Shown here in pieces: positions 9,249-18,854 of a DNA stretch of 64,000 bases; position 1 is the stretch's first letter, and each line of letters begins with the position of its first letter. Source of the DNA: Bacteroidota bacterium (lineage in GTDB: Bacteria; Bacteroidota; Bacteroidia; Chitinophagales; Chitinophagaceae); contig JAFDYA010000038.1 of NCBI GenBank assembly GCA_018267675.1, forward strand, positions 557 through 64,556, in the 5' to 3' direction. A program made the position numbers and the translations under genes. Below the pieces are notes generated by a model. That model saw only the letters and a program-made list of their open reading frames with translations, made no database searches and was not told the origin of the DNA.

Positions 9249-10217
9249 CTATTTTTTTCCCGAGTGCTCCTGCACAAACTTGACTACCGCTTCCACGAAT
9301 TGACCGGCAATTGGCGCTTCGGGGTCGGAATAGGTGATCATATTTTCTTGTGGCGTATTGCCCGCTACGTCCCGGAATATATGGTTCATCATTGGGAGGA
9401 ACACTAGTTCGGCCTTTGGCTGAGCAGCTTTTAGATTTACTGCCTGAATAGTGTCCATTTGCAAGTCCTTCTTTCCCTGAATCAGTAGGATGGGTAGCTT
9501 CAATTTTTTGATTTCTTCGCGCGGGTCGTATTTGAACCACGATGCGACATAGCCCTGTATGGAGTTGCGGAAAAGCATCTGATAAATGCCTGTTGGCACA
9601 TGGTCATAATGGCCATACTTCTTCAGTGAATCCATGATAAGCAGCATGGAATCTACCATCACCTTAGGGTTGTTTGGGTTCCAGCTTAGTTGCCGTGCTA
9701 TCATCACATCGGCAGGCTCTGCGGTGCCTGCAATTGAGATAAATCCTGCAGCATTTTCTTTTTGAAGTGCAAGCATTGCTACTAGAGATCCTTCGCTATG
9801 GCCGGCTACGAATACCTTTTTGAAGCGTTTGTCCTTCTTTAAAAGTTTAATCCAATCAGCTGCATCAGCTCCATAGGTATCAAAACGAAGTTCGCTTTCT
9901 CCTTTTACAGCTTTCTCACTGGCGGCAAGACCACGCTTATCAAAACGCAAGCTGGCAATATCATGTTCTGCCAGGGAGTCACTAAATATTCGAAGTGTAT
10001 TGTTTACAAAAACACCATTATTCCCATCGCGGTCTGTGGGGCCGGAGCCGGGAATAACCAAAACCACAGCATCCCATACTTTCTTATTATTTGATGGTAA
10101 GGTGAGCGTACCGAAGATATCGCCGGTAGGAGTATGCAGTACCATGCTATCCCTAACTTGTGCCATACAGGTTAGTGCCAGAAAAGAAAACAGAATACTA
10201 AGTGTGAATTTTTGCAT
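9249..10217 (-). CDS. Secreted alpha/beta-fold hydrolase
   Basis: ATG at 10217 gives MQKFTLSILFSFLALTCMAQ (signal peptide). Has a GHSEGS nucleophile elbow. The track's longer start at 10298 adds a non-signal extension. Confidence 0.75.
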   Translation of the reverse strand: MQKFTLSILFSFLALTCMAQVRDSMVLHTPTGDIFGTLTLPSNNKKVWDAVVLVIPGSGPTDRDGNNGVFVNNTLRIFSDSLAEHDIASLRFDKRGLAASEKAVKGESELRFDTYGADAADWIKLLKKDKRFKKVFVAGHSEGSLVAMLALQKENAAGFISIAGTAEPADVMIARQLSWNPNNPKVMVDSMLLIMDSLKKYGHYDHVPTGIYQMLFRNSIQGYVASWFKYDPREEIKKLKLPILLIQGKKDLQMDTIQAVNLKAAQPKAELVFLPMMNHIFRDVAGNTPQENMITYSDPEAPIAGQFVEAVVKFVQEHSGKK

Positions 10218-10549
10218 GAGGCAAATGTAGGAGAGAAAGCATGTCCTAATGTAACTGTGTTGTAATGGCTTTGTTCCTTCAAAGCGAAAGTTATTCAAAG
10301 AAGTAAACGGCTAAGCGGAACGAAGTCTAAATGCGATTTTAAAGCGGGTAGGGTATTGGTGTAAGGAGTTTGGCTTTCGTTCTGATTTTAGCCTCGCTAA
10401 GATGCCATAATTAGGGTGATTGATACTATTCGAATCAGTTGGCTGTATGCGATACAAGTATAGTGAGTAACGGGTTTTGAGCTTTAATGCAGATATGGAG
10501 TAGTATTGCAAAGCAGCAAAAAGCCTACTGCAAGATCCTGGTTTAGCCT

Positions 10550-11542
10550 ATGAATGCTCCGAAACGTATTCTCATCAGCCGTTGTGACGCCATTGGTGAT
10601 GTAGTCTTGACATTACCCTTAGCTGCTATTCTAAAGCAACGGTTCCCGAATGTTGTTATTGGGTTTTTAGGAAGGAGCTACACTAAAGCTGTGATAGAAT
10701 GCTGTGCTGCTGTGGATGTTTTTGTTGACTTAAACGACTTCCTCCAGGCCGAAAATGGTGCCAATAAAGAGTGCCAAATTTGGGATGCGATCATTCATGT
10801 ATTTCCGCGCGCGGATATTGCACGAAAGGCCTTGCAGTTGCGTATTCCCTGGCGAATAGGTACGCGGAGTAGAGCTTATAATTGGCTTTATTGTAACAAA
10901 CGAATTGTCTTGAGTCGTAAACATTCTGACTTGCACGAAGCTCAACTCAACACTAAGTTGTTGGCTCCTTTTGGTATTCAGCAAGGGTTCTCAAAGGAAC
11001 AGTTAGGGGCTTTATTTGCTTTTACAGCAATACCGGAGTTGGCGAGGCAATTTCGGGCATTACTTAGTCCGGGAAAAAGGCATATTATTCTTCATCCAAA
11101 AAGTCAGGGAAGCGCTCGGGAGTGGGGTTTGGAGCATTTTGAGGCACTGATAAAGTTGTTGCCACAGGAGCAGTATCAGGTGTTCATTTCCGGTACTAAA
11201 GCTGAGGGTGAATTGATGCGCGATTTCTTGCTTCGTGTAAAGCATTTGGTTACCGATATTACCGGCTTGATGGACCTCAGTCAATTCATCGCATTTATTC
11301 ACGCTGCTGATGCCTTGGTGGCGGCGAGTACGGGGCCGCTCCATTTGGCCGCTGCATTGGGTAGAAAGGCTATTGGGATCTATCCACCGATTCGTCCGAT
11401 GCACCCAGGGCGCTGGGCGCCGCTTGGCCCATTGGCTGTTGCCCTTGTGTTGCCCGATTCCTGCACTGCTTGTCGAGCCGATGCGAGCACCTGTTCCTGC
11501 ATTCAGGGCATCAGCCCGGAAACAGTTGCGGCTTTGTTGTAG
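10550..11542 (+). CDS. Glycosyltransferase family 9 (LPS heptosyltransferase-like)
   Basis: 330 aa. Contains ILISRCDAIGDVVLTLPL, the GT9 N-terminal motif, and a C-terminal ...AASTGPLHLAAALG. Confidence 0.85.
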   Translation: MNAPKRILISRCDAIGDVVLTLPLAAILKQRFPNVVIGFLGRSYTKAVIECCAAVDVFVDLNDFLQAENGANKECQIWDAIIHVFPRADIARKALQLRIPWRIGTRSRAYNWLYCNKRIVLSRKHSDLHEAQLNTKLLAPFGIQQGFSKEQLGALFAFTAIPELARQFRALLSPGKRHIILHPKSQGSAREWGLEHFEALIKLLPQEQYQVFISGTKAEGELMRDFLLRVKHLVTDITGLMDLSQFIAFIHAADALVAASTGPLHLAAALGRKAIGIYPPIRPMHPGRWAPLGPLAVALVLPDSCTACRADASTCSCIQGISPETVAALL

Positions 11543-11667
11543 TCAAGTGCTTACTCTTTTTGGGAGCACGCGAACTATTTACTGTCCAAACTCATTGTTT
11601 TTACTAATGGAGCTATGAAGCACGTTTTTAGTAGGCTAGTATCTTTGCAGCCTAAAACAAAGTTCAA

Positions 11668-12081
11668 ATGTATCCAGCAGAGATAGTGATGCCGATGAAA
11701 GGCGAAATGATCAATCAAGGTTTCGAAGATTTACAAACCCCAGAATCAGTAAAGGCGGTGATGGAAAAGGGTGGAACAACGTTACTGTTCATCAATTCCG
11801 TTTGCGGATGTTCCGCAGGTACTGCACGTCCAGGAGTGATTTTGGCAGTACAGAATGCTACCAAGAAGCCCGAACACTTAGCAACAAGTTTTGCCGGCTT
11901 TGATATTGATGCTGTCCAGGCTGCCCGTCAATATCTATTACCTTATCCTCCCTCATCTCCGTCTATTGCTTTGCTGAAGGATGGCCAGGTAGTGCACATG
12001 GTAGAGCGCCATATGATTGAAGGGTATGCTGCGCCACAAATAGCGGCAGGCCTCATTCAAGCCTTCAACGAACATTGCTAG
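11668..12081 (+). CDS. BrxA/BrxB-family bacilliredoxin (YphP/YqiW, DUF1094)
   Basis: 137 aa with the redox motif INSVCGCSAG (CGC) at the usual position. Confidence 0.8.
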   Translation: MYPAEIVMPMKGEMINQGFEDLQTPESVKAVMEKGGTTLLFINSVCGCSAGTARPGVILAVQNATKKPEHLATSFAGFDIDAVQAARQYLLPYPPSSPSIALLKDGQVVHMVERHMIEGYAAPQIAAGLIQAFNEHC

Positions 12082-12112
12082 AATAGGAGCACCTTAGCTT
12101 TCATTATTCAAT

Positions 12113-12150
12113 AAAAAAAAGGTCGACTTCTGAAGGAGTCGACCTTTTTT
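12113..12150. terminator. Bidirectional intrinsic terminator between convergent genes
   Basis: A8 tract, then GGTCGACT (12121..12128), an 8-nt loop, AGTCGACC (12137..12144), then a T6 tract. Confidence 0.8.
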
Positions 12151-12173
12151 GCGTTAACGAGGCTTCTGATTTT

Positions 12174-13022
12174 TTAGAACCTATAACCTATCTTGAAATT
12201 GAATTGGGCTAAGGGAGCGCCGTCAACAATAATGTCCTCCTCCTTATTGTTAGCGTAAATCAAGCCAAGCCCAAACTCTACACCGAGATATAAATGTTTT
12301 GATGCCATGAAGTTAATTCCGTTGTTTATTAAAACGCCAGTAATCTGGTATTTGTTTTCGGATACGTATTCACGGTAGTTGAGCGTAACAGGGTCATAGA
12401 CGTTGGTCACTCGATATTTCTCGCCAAAGGATATTGCAAAAGAAGCTCCTAAACTATATGAAACCCTCCGACCACTCCCCATGGGATAGAACTTGAAACC
12501 AGGAAAGAGGGATACGGAAGTTCTGTTTTTTGTCGTGCCAGCACCAATCCCAGGAGTTGGATAATCATCTTTAAAAAACGAAAAAGCTACAGGTAAGTAG
12601 AACGCAAATCTCCCGTGTGCATCCAATAGCCGCTCGTAATGTAGGCCTACACCAGAAACGCCTTCGATGGTCATCTGGATAGGAGCCAGTGAAAGGATAT
12701 TTTTTCCATAGCCGGCTTTTTCTAAGCTTTGTGTTTTCCAGCCATGCCTATTGGCGCTAAAATTACCGTTAGATTTACTACCCGATATAGTTTCGGATAT
12801 TCCATTTTCGTAAACAATTTTGTCTAAGTCGCGACGAGGTACCTGGTAATCTGCACCATTTAAATTGTCCCAACGCTTGTATGTTACTTCTCTAGGGCTC
12901 AATTTCAATACTTTTGCCTCTAGTACACTTCCGTTATTGAAATATATCTTATCCTGAGCTTGGCTCCGGATGGTGAAGCAAAAAACACCTGAAAAAATTA
13001 ATAGGAAAAATTGTATGCGCAT
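12174..13022 (-). CDS. Hypothetical outer-membrane beta-barrel protein
   Basis: 282 aa. Signal peptide (…RSQAQ), alternating beta-strand pattern, and a C-terminal ...KIGYRF aromatic terminus. Confidence 0.6.
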   Translation of the reverse strand: MRIQFFLLIFSGVFCFTIRSQAQDKIYFNNGSVLEAKVLKLSPREVTYKRWDNLNGADYQVPRRDLDKIVYENGISETISGSKSNGNFSANRHGWKTQSLEKAGYGKNILSLAPIQMTIEGVSGVGLHYERLLDAHGRFAFYLPVAFSFFKDDYPTPGIGAGTTKNRTSVSLFPGFKFYPMGSGRRVSYSLGASFAISFGEKYRVTNVYDPVTLNYREYVSENKYQITGVLINNGINFMASKHLYLGVEFGLGLIYANNKEEDIIVDGAPLAQFNFKIGYRF

Positions 13023-13046
13023 ACTTGATTTGTATATAAAAGTAAA

Positions 13047-13658
13047 TTAAAATAGTCCTCCGATCCGTAAGCCGAATTGAATGAAAAATCGGGTACCCTC
13101 ATATCTTTCCTGCATGGCACCTGTTTTAATATTGAAACCGAACTGAAAATTGTTTCGAATAAAGTTGAGTGAATTGTCCACGGCTATTCCATAAAGTGGA
13201 TAGTTGTAGTCGCTAGGAAGAGGTCGCGGGCCTCCGGAAATATTTTTTCCTTGATGATATACAAAAGACATGTTGCCCAATATTACGGAAGGGCCTGTTA
13301 CAAAATCTACTTTACTCCCTTTTTGAGCTGTATGAAACTGTAGCCCAGGAGCAATAAAATAGCAAGTGTGGGTTTGGTACGTGTCGTAATAATTACTATA
13401 ATCTTGATTGGGGTCAAAGCCATACACAATTGGGATATGAATGCCCAAACCTAGTTTTTTGCTGATAATATACTCATAGTCTAGGCCAACACCTGCGTTG
13501 AAATTGTTGAAGGCAAGAATGCCCGAAATAGGAGTAAGCGTAAATATATGGTCAAAGCCAAATTCATTTGGCTTTTCTTTTGGAATCTTGTTTTTCCCTT
13601 GTGCTGAAGTAGGCAAGCACAGCCCAAGAAAAAGAATATAAGTCAGGAGTAATTTCAT
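13047..13658 (-). CDS. Hypothetical outer-membrane beta-barrel protein
   Basis: 203 aa. Signal peptide (…PTSAQ), Gly/aromatic beta-strand pattern, and a terminal ...RIGGLF. Confidence 0.6.
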   Translation of the reverse strand: MKLLLTYILFLGLCLPTSAQGKNKIPKEKPNEFGFDHIFTLTPISGILAFNNFNAGVGLDYEYIISKKLGLGIHIPIVYGFDPNQDYSNYYDTYQTHTCYFIAPGLQFHTAQKGSKVDFVTGPSVILGNMSFVYHQGKNISGGPRPLPSDYNYPLYGIAVDNSLNFIRNNFQFGFNIKTGAMQERYEGTRFFIQFGLRIGGLF

Positions 13659-13874
13659 AGTGTTAGTTTATGGTACAATATTCATGCAAAATTGCTAGAA
13701 ACGATTATTTTGGCTAGAAATTGTTTTGGTCAAATTTATTTCGATTGTCGGTTTTTTTAATGATAATGCAAAGCTTGGATTGTAATGGTCTTAAATTACG
13801 TGGCTGATTTGGGAGGAAGAGGATCAATCGGGCTTTTTTTATTTCCACAATCAGGAATTAATTAAATTCAGTGC

Positions 13875-15098
13875 ATGAAGGCAGTTTTATTTTGTTTCGT
13901 AGGAGTTTTCTTTGGTCTGTTTTTCAACCCTAGATTAAGTTCAGCACAAATAAAATTGCAGGTACCTATCTCGGGAAGCTATGGTCGGGAATTTATTATC
14001 GTCAACTATGTGGACTGGGCTTTAGACAGCTCGTTCAGAGATAATCATTGCGGAACGAAAGCTTACGATGGTCATCAGGGTACTGATTTTGCGCTTCGCA
14101 ATTTTGCCTCCATGGATTCCGGTGTGGTTGTGAATGCTGCAGCCAATGGTCGCGTTATTTTCGTTAGGGATGGATTATTTGATCGGGAGAAAACTTCGGT
14201 TATTTCCAAGCAATTGGGCAATTATATTGGGATCACGCACCAAGGAAAATTACAAACCTATTATGGGCATTTACGTAAAAATTCCATCCTTGTAAAAAAG
14301 GGAGATTCGGTCGTTGCCGGCCAAGCGATTGCGCTTGTAGGCAGTAGTGGTAATAGTGAGTCACCCCATTTACATTTTGAGCTTTGGTATGATTCCACTT
14401 TTTACATTGATCCCTTTTCTGGTCCCTGCGGGAATAGCGGGACTTATTGGAAGTCGCCGCTGGCCTATGATACAAGCTATGCTATTTGGGGTAACGACGG
14501 GATGTCCAATTTTGTTTGCACTTTGGATACCTTAAAGGAAGGCTTGAAAAGTAAGGATACTTTTTACGCAAAGGATCCCGCAATTTCCTATTGGAATGTG
14601 CAGCGGGGTATCCGATCTGGGGATTCGCTTCGGGTAGATTGGTTGGATCCACTCGGCAATCTTTGGTATCGCTATTCGTATGCTACCATACGGGATTGGT
14701 GGCTGTATTATTACGCCAGCTACATCAACCCGCCAATTGCCGGCCTTGAGGGAAAATGGAAGGTCAATTTCTTTAGAAACAATACCTTGGTTGCAAGTCA
14801 AGCATTTTATTTTTTTCAGCGGTCGAATAGTATCCCCAAACCCACAGAAGCTGTTAATGACGCTTGGGCAGCAAGCTATCAATATGGCCAATTGCAGGTT
14901 CAGACTTTTGGGAAATCCGGAGATGTTGTTGTGTTTGACCTTTTAGGGAAGAGGCTATTTAGATCTTGGGTTTCCGGGAATAAACAACAAGCCTTTCCAT
15001 TGGACTTAGCATCGGGGAGCTATATTGTTATTTTTGAAGATCAATCGCACAAAGCAAGCCTTAGGCAAGTGCATCGTAGGCTGATTCAGGTTTTTTGA
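13875..15098 (+). CDS. M23-family metallopeptidase with T9SS-type C-terminal sorting domain
   Basis: 407 aa with a signal peptide. Has HQGTDFAL (HxxxD) and SPHLHFELW (HxH). The last ~70 aa (VVVFDLLGKRL...GSYIVIFEDQ...) look like a Por/T9SS CTD. Confidence 0.75.
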   Translation: MKAVLFCFVGVFFGLFFNPRLSSAQIKLQVPISGSYGREFIIVNYVDWALDSSFRDNHCGTKAYDGHQGTDFALRNFASMDSGVVVNAAANGRVIFVRDGLFDREKTSVISKQLGNYIGITHQGKLQTYYGHLRKNSILVKKGDSVVAGQAIALVGSSGNSESPHLHFELWYDSTFYIDPFSGPCGNSGTYWKSPLAYDTSYAIWGNDGMSNFVCTLDTLKEGLKSKDTFYAKDPAISYWNVQRGIRSGDSLRVDWLDPLGNLWYRYSYATIRDWWLYYYASYINPPIAGLEGKWKVNFFRNNTLVASQAFYFFQRSNSIPKPTEAVNDAWAASYQYGQLQVQTFGKSGDVVVFDLLGKRLFRSWVSGNKQQAFPLDLASGSYIVIFEDQSHKASLRQVHRRLIQVF

Positions 15099-15199
15099 CA
15101 AGCAGGAGTAACCCTTGGTATTGTGATAAACCTTTGCTGGAAGCAACTACACTCCAAGCAGTAGGAGCAAATAGTCAAATGTGGAATCCGTGATAATGG

Positions 15200-16372
15200 T
15201 TAGCTGTACTGGAAGCTGCCGTAGGGTCCCTCGATGATCAGTTCATTTTTTTCTGCTTGTTCAAAATGGCCGCTTATCGTGGCTTCTATGCCGAAGCTTT
15301 TAGATAGCGCGACAATGCCCTGAGCTGTTTCGGCATCGGTAAAGACTTCAAGTCGTGCGCCCATATTGAATACTTGATACATTTCTCGCCAATCCGTACC
15401 GGCAGATTTTTGGATTAATTTGAAAAGTGGCGGCACCGCTGGCAGATTATTTTTCACGACACGCAAGGGCTGGGGTAGGTAGTGCAGGCATTTCGTCTGA
15501 CCACCACCACTGCAATGGATAATGCCATGAATTTTGTCAAAATATTGTTCCAGCATTTTAAGCACCACAGGTGCATAGGTACGGGTGGGCGAGAGGATCA
15601 TTTTGCCTATGTCCAGACCAGTTTCAGTCGGGTCGCCAAGGCGGTAATCTCCATTATACACTACTTCGGGTGGTAGGTTGGGGTCCAGGCTTTCGGGATA
15701 TTGGCTTGCGTAGCTTTTGTGCAGGAGTTCATGACGGGCAGAGGTGAGGCCATTGCTTCCCATTCCGCTATTATAGCTGTCTTCGTAGTTCGCTTGGCCA
15801 TAGGAGGCTAGGCTCACGATTACATCTCCGGCTTTTACCTTTTCTGTGGTGACCAATTTATCTCGTCGCATTCGGCAGGCCATAGTGCCATCAACGATAA
15901 TAGTACGGACGACATCACCCACATCAGCCGTTTCTCCACCCATAAAATGCACATCGATACCATATTCCCGTAGGCGGTCGAAGTAGTGCTGGGAGCCATT
16001 GATAATGCGCGCTATTACTTCACCCGGAATCAAGCCTTTGTTCCGGCCAATTGTTGAAGAATAGGTAAAAGGCCCGGTAGCTCCCACGCACAGCAAGTCG
16101 TCGATATTCATCACGATGCTGTCAATGGCTATTCCTTCCCATACACTCAGGTCTCCGGTCTCCCGCCAATAGAGGTAGGCTAGGCTACTTTTTGTCCCGG
16201 CGCCATCAGCATGCATCAGGTTGCAATAGGCCGGGTCGTTGCCCCAGTAGTCGGGGTAAACCTTGCAAAAAGCTTTAGGGTACAATCCTTTGTCCAGTTG
16301 GGCTACAGCTTGGTGGACTTCTTCTTTTTGGGCGGATACTCCGCGTAAGGCATAACGATCAGGTGCAGGCAT
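15200..16372 (-). CDS. purM: AIR synthase (phosphoribosylformylglycinamidine cyclo-ligase), long Bacteroidota type
   Basis: 390 aa. Has the PurM-like N and C domains (DGAGTKS..., GGETADVGD, HCSGGGQTK). Confidence 0.8.
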   Translation of the reverse strand: MPAPDRYALRGVSAQKEEVHQAVAQLDKGLYPKAFCKVYPDYWGNDPAYCNLMHADGAGTKSSLAYLYWRETGDLSVWEGIAIDSIVMNIDDLLCVGATGPFTYSSTIGRNKGLIPGEVIARIINGSQHYFDRLREYGIDVHFMGGETADVGDVVRTIIVDGTMACRMRRDKLVTTEKVKAGDVIVSLASYGQANYEDSYNSGMGSNGLTSARHELLHKSYASQYPESLDPNLPPEVVYNGDYRLGDPTETGLDIGKMILSPTRTYAPVVLKMLEQYFDKIHGIIHCSGGGQTKCLHYLPQPLRVVKNNLPAVPPLFKLIQKSAGTDWREMYQVFNMGARLEVFTDAETAQGIVALSKSFGIEATISGHFEQAEKNELIIEGPYGSFQYS

Positions 16373-16503
16373 AAAAACAGCAGAAATGCGAATTTGCTGC
16401 GAAGATAAGGAGCGGAATATTGCTGCTCTGTTGGCTAGAGTTCGGGCTCTGGTTTCTGGCTATCGAGCCGGCCCTATTTTGCCAGTTATTTAGTGCTGTT
16501 CGG

Positions 16504-17343
16504 TTAACGTAACGTCACTGAATAACTTTTACCATTCACATTGATGCTTGCTTGATTGTCACACGCGCCGTTGCCGTAGTCCAGTGTGCGGGTCGTGCCG
16601 CCCTCTGGTGTGATTTGTACGATACCGCTTTCGATCCAGCGACAATCCAGGGCGATATGCAATGGGGTTGTAATATTCATTTGGAATGTTTTGCCATTTG
16701 CACGAGTCACACTTCCGCTTCCCGAGATTTCGTACACATCGTCATTCCATTGTGGGGTAGTGAAGCCTCCGAGCCATTTTCGGGTGCGGGTACTCACCCA
16801 AGAGATGGTACCGTTGTTGTTGGCTAGTATGATTTGGCCATTCACGACAATGTTATATTCCGGATTCCCGTTGATATCATTGTCCGCATAGGTTACCGTT
16901 TTCGTGCCGCTCACCTGATTATCATTTTGGTAGTAGTTGCTGAAACTAATGGTGTGGGTATGTCCCATTTCCCGATATCCGCCGGTATAGCTCACTAGGA
17001 TTTTTCCTCGCCGGTAGTTACCATCTTTACATAAGCAGTTTTGGCTTCCAAAGTCAATGGTGAGGAGGAGGGGTGATGCGTTTGTATCTCGTGTCACGGT
17101 AGCGCATTGGCTAAGGATATTTCCGTTTGGAATCATTTTGAACGTGCTCAGATCGCCTGTGGTGCCGGCTTCATCGGCGATACTTTGTGCATCAGAAAAT
17201 ACTTTTTCCAAAGTGGCATGATCTGATGCGTATCCTGTGTCTTCATCGTCGTGAAGGCGATCTTTTCGGCACGCACTAAAGCTAAATACGCCGATAAAAA
17301 TGCCTAAGCCGGCAAGTAATCCGATGGTTTTTGAAGTAAGCAT
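16504..17343 (-). CDS. Hypothetical lipoprotein
   Basis: 279 aa. Signal plus lipobox (FSFSAC). No recognisable motif. Confidence 0.6.
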   Translation of the reverse strand: MLTSKTIGLLAGLGIFIGVFSFSACRKDRLHDDEDTGYASDHATLEKVFSDAQSIADEAGTTGDLSTFKMIPNGNILSQCATVTRDTNASPLLLTIDFGSQNCLCKDGNYRRGKILVSYTGGYREMGHTHTISFSNYYQNDNQVSGTKTVTYADNDINGNPEYNIVVNGQIILANNNGTISWVSTRTRKWLGGFTTPQWNDDVYEISGSGSVTRANGKTFQMNITTPLHIALDCRWIESGIVQITPEGGTTRTLDYGNGACDNQASINVNGKSYSVTLR

Positions 17344-17451
17344 AGTCTTGAGTTTTGTTGTGCTTACTTTAGACTACCGAGCTTTTAGAGGGTTTAATTT
17401 CCGGATTGAATTTTTTTGGGATCGGGCAGTATCGGATTGTTTTTTTGCGGT

Positions 17452-18117
17452 TTAGTTTGCCCCTCCATCAAAAACGTACTGAATAAGATTGGTGCCCATC
17501 TTGAGTGCTTCCGTTCTTTTTTCGGGGCTATCATGGTGTACATCCGGGTCTTCCCAACCATCGCCCAAATCGGTATCGAAGCTGTAGAAGCATACTAGGC
17601 GGCCTTTCCAGATGAGTCCATAGCCGTGTGGAGGTCCGCCATCGTGTTCATGGATTTTAGGTAGTCCATTGGGGAAGTTGAATCGTTGATGGTAGATGGG
17701 GTGACTAAAGGGGAGCTCTACGAGGCTCAATTCCGGAAATATTTTCTTTAACGCCGGACGAACATATTGGTCCAAGCCGTAGTTGTCATCAATATGAAGG
17801 AATCCTCCGCTTTCCAGGTAAAGCCGCAGATTTTGTGCTTCTTCATCGGTGGGCGCCCAGCGTCCGTGGCCGGTCATGTGGATAAAGGGATAGTTGAAAA
17901 TATCGGGGCTACTTGCGTTGATTTGTCCTTCACCCACAGCCAGCCTTGTATGCAGTTGCTCATTGGCGAATGCTGCCAAGTTTTTGAGTGAGGTCGGGTT
18001 GGCATACCAGTCTCCTCCTCCGCTATACACCAGCAAGCCTAGCTTCATAGGCTGAGCCATGCTGCCAATCGCTAGAAGAAGTGAAATGAGCGCAAATAGC
18101 GTGTGTTTAATGTGCAT
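17452..18117 (-). CDS. DUF4159 domain protein
   Basis: 221 aa. Contains GGGDWYANP...YPFIHMTGHG...LRLYLESGGFLHIDDNYG, the family signature. Overlaps the rsmE stop by 11 nt. Confidence 0.8.
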   Translation of the reverse strand: MHIKHTLFALISLLLAIGSMAQPMKLGLLVYSGGGDWYANPTSLKNLAAFANEQLHTRLAVGEGQINASSPDIFNYPFIHMTGHGRWAPTDEEAQNLRLYLESGGFLHIDDNYGLDQYVRPALKKIFPELSLVELPFSHPIYHQRFNFPNGLPKIHEHDGGPPHGYGLIWKGRLVCFYSFDTDLGDGWEDPDVHHDSPEKRTEALKMGTNLIQYVFDGGAN

Positions 18118-18829
18118 GATTGAACAGGTAAAATTGGCTGATTGCAGCTAAGGCTGCGGTTTCGGTACGAAGGCGGTTACTGCCTAGGGAGATGGTTGTA
18201 GCACCTGCGGTTTTGGCTAGTTGTAGTTCGTGTTCGCTGAAGTCACCTTCCGGCCCAATGAAAAGTTGTGTGTCAAGCCCTTTTTTCAATGCTATTGATA
18301 TTGGCTGGCGGCTGGTATCGCTGGAAAGGCAATGTGCTAGCAGTTTTTGAGAAAATGAAGTGTTGAGCACAGCTTCCAGCGATTGAGTTGGACAAAGTTC
18401 TGGGAGCCAGGTTTGCTGGGATTGCAGCATTGCAGAAACTAGTATTTTTTGCCAACGTTCTTCCTTGTTTCGCTCGCGGTTGCTTCGATTACAGATGATC
18501 GGTTGGATGCTACTCACTCCGAGTTCTGTTGCTTTTTCAAGAAGCCATTCATTTCGGGCCGTATTTTTTGTAAAGGCAATACAAAGCTGTAGCCTAGGTT
18601 GTGGCTGTTCCTGAAAATCCATAGTACTTACACGAACCGTACACGTTTTTTTACCTGTGTCCGAGATGGCGCATTGGGCGCTATGTCCTATACCATCTAC
18701 CAATTGAAGGAGCTCTCCCGGCTTCATTCGGAGCACCTGTACCACATGTCGGGCTTCATCTTCCGGTAGGGAAAGCGTATCGTTTGCCCGTAGTAGCTCA
18801 GGGTAGTAAAATAGCGGTAATTCAGTCAT
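18107..18829 (-). CDS. rsmE: 16S rRNA (uracil1498-N3)-methyltransferase
   Basis: 240 aa. N-terminal PUA-like region (ARHVVQVLRMKPGE) and a C-terminal SPOUT knot (IGPEGDFSEHE...LGSNRLRTETAA). Confidence 0.9.
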   Translation of the reverse strand: MTELPLFYYPELLRANDTLSLPEDEARHVVQVLRMKPGELLQLVDGIGHSAQCAISDTGKKTCTVRVSTMDFQEQPQPRLQLCIAFTKNTARNEWLLEKATELGVSSIQPIICNRSNRERNKEERWQKILVSAMLQSQQTWLPELCPTQSLEAVLNTSFSQKLLAHCLSSDTSRQPISIALKKGLDTQLFIGPEGDFSEHELQLAKTAGATTISLGSNRLRTETAALAAISQFYLFNHAH

Positions 18830-18854
18830 TCGGAACAGAAAGTTGCGGTTCTTT

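Noticed and set aside
10299-10549. A 250-nt spacer containing a 66-aa ORF (10311..10511) and a possible long-range pairing GAACGAAG...CTTTCGTTC.
   Set aside because: The ORF has no start context or motif. The pairing is only 7-8 bp with a roughly 50-nt loop. That is insufficient evidence for either a gene or a structured RNA.
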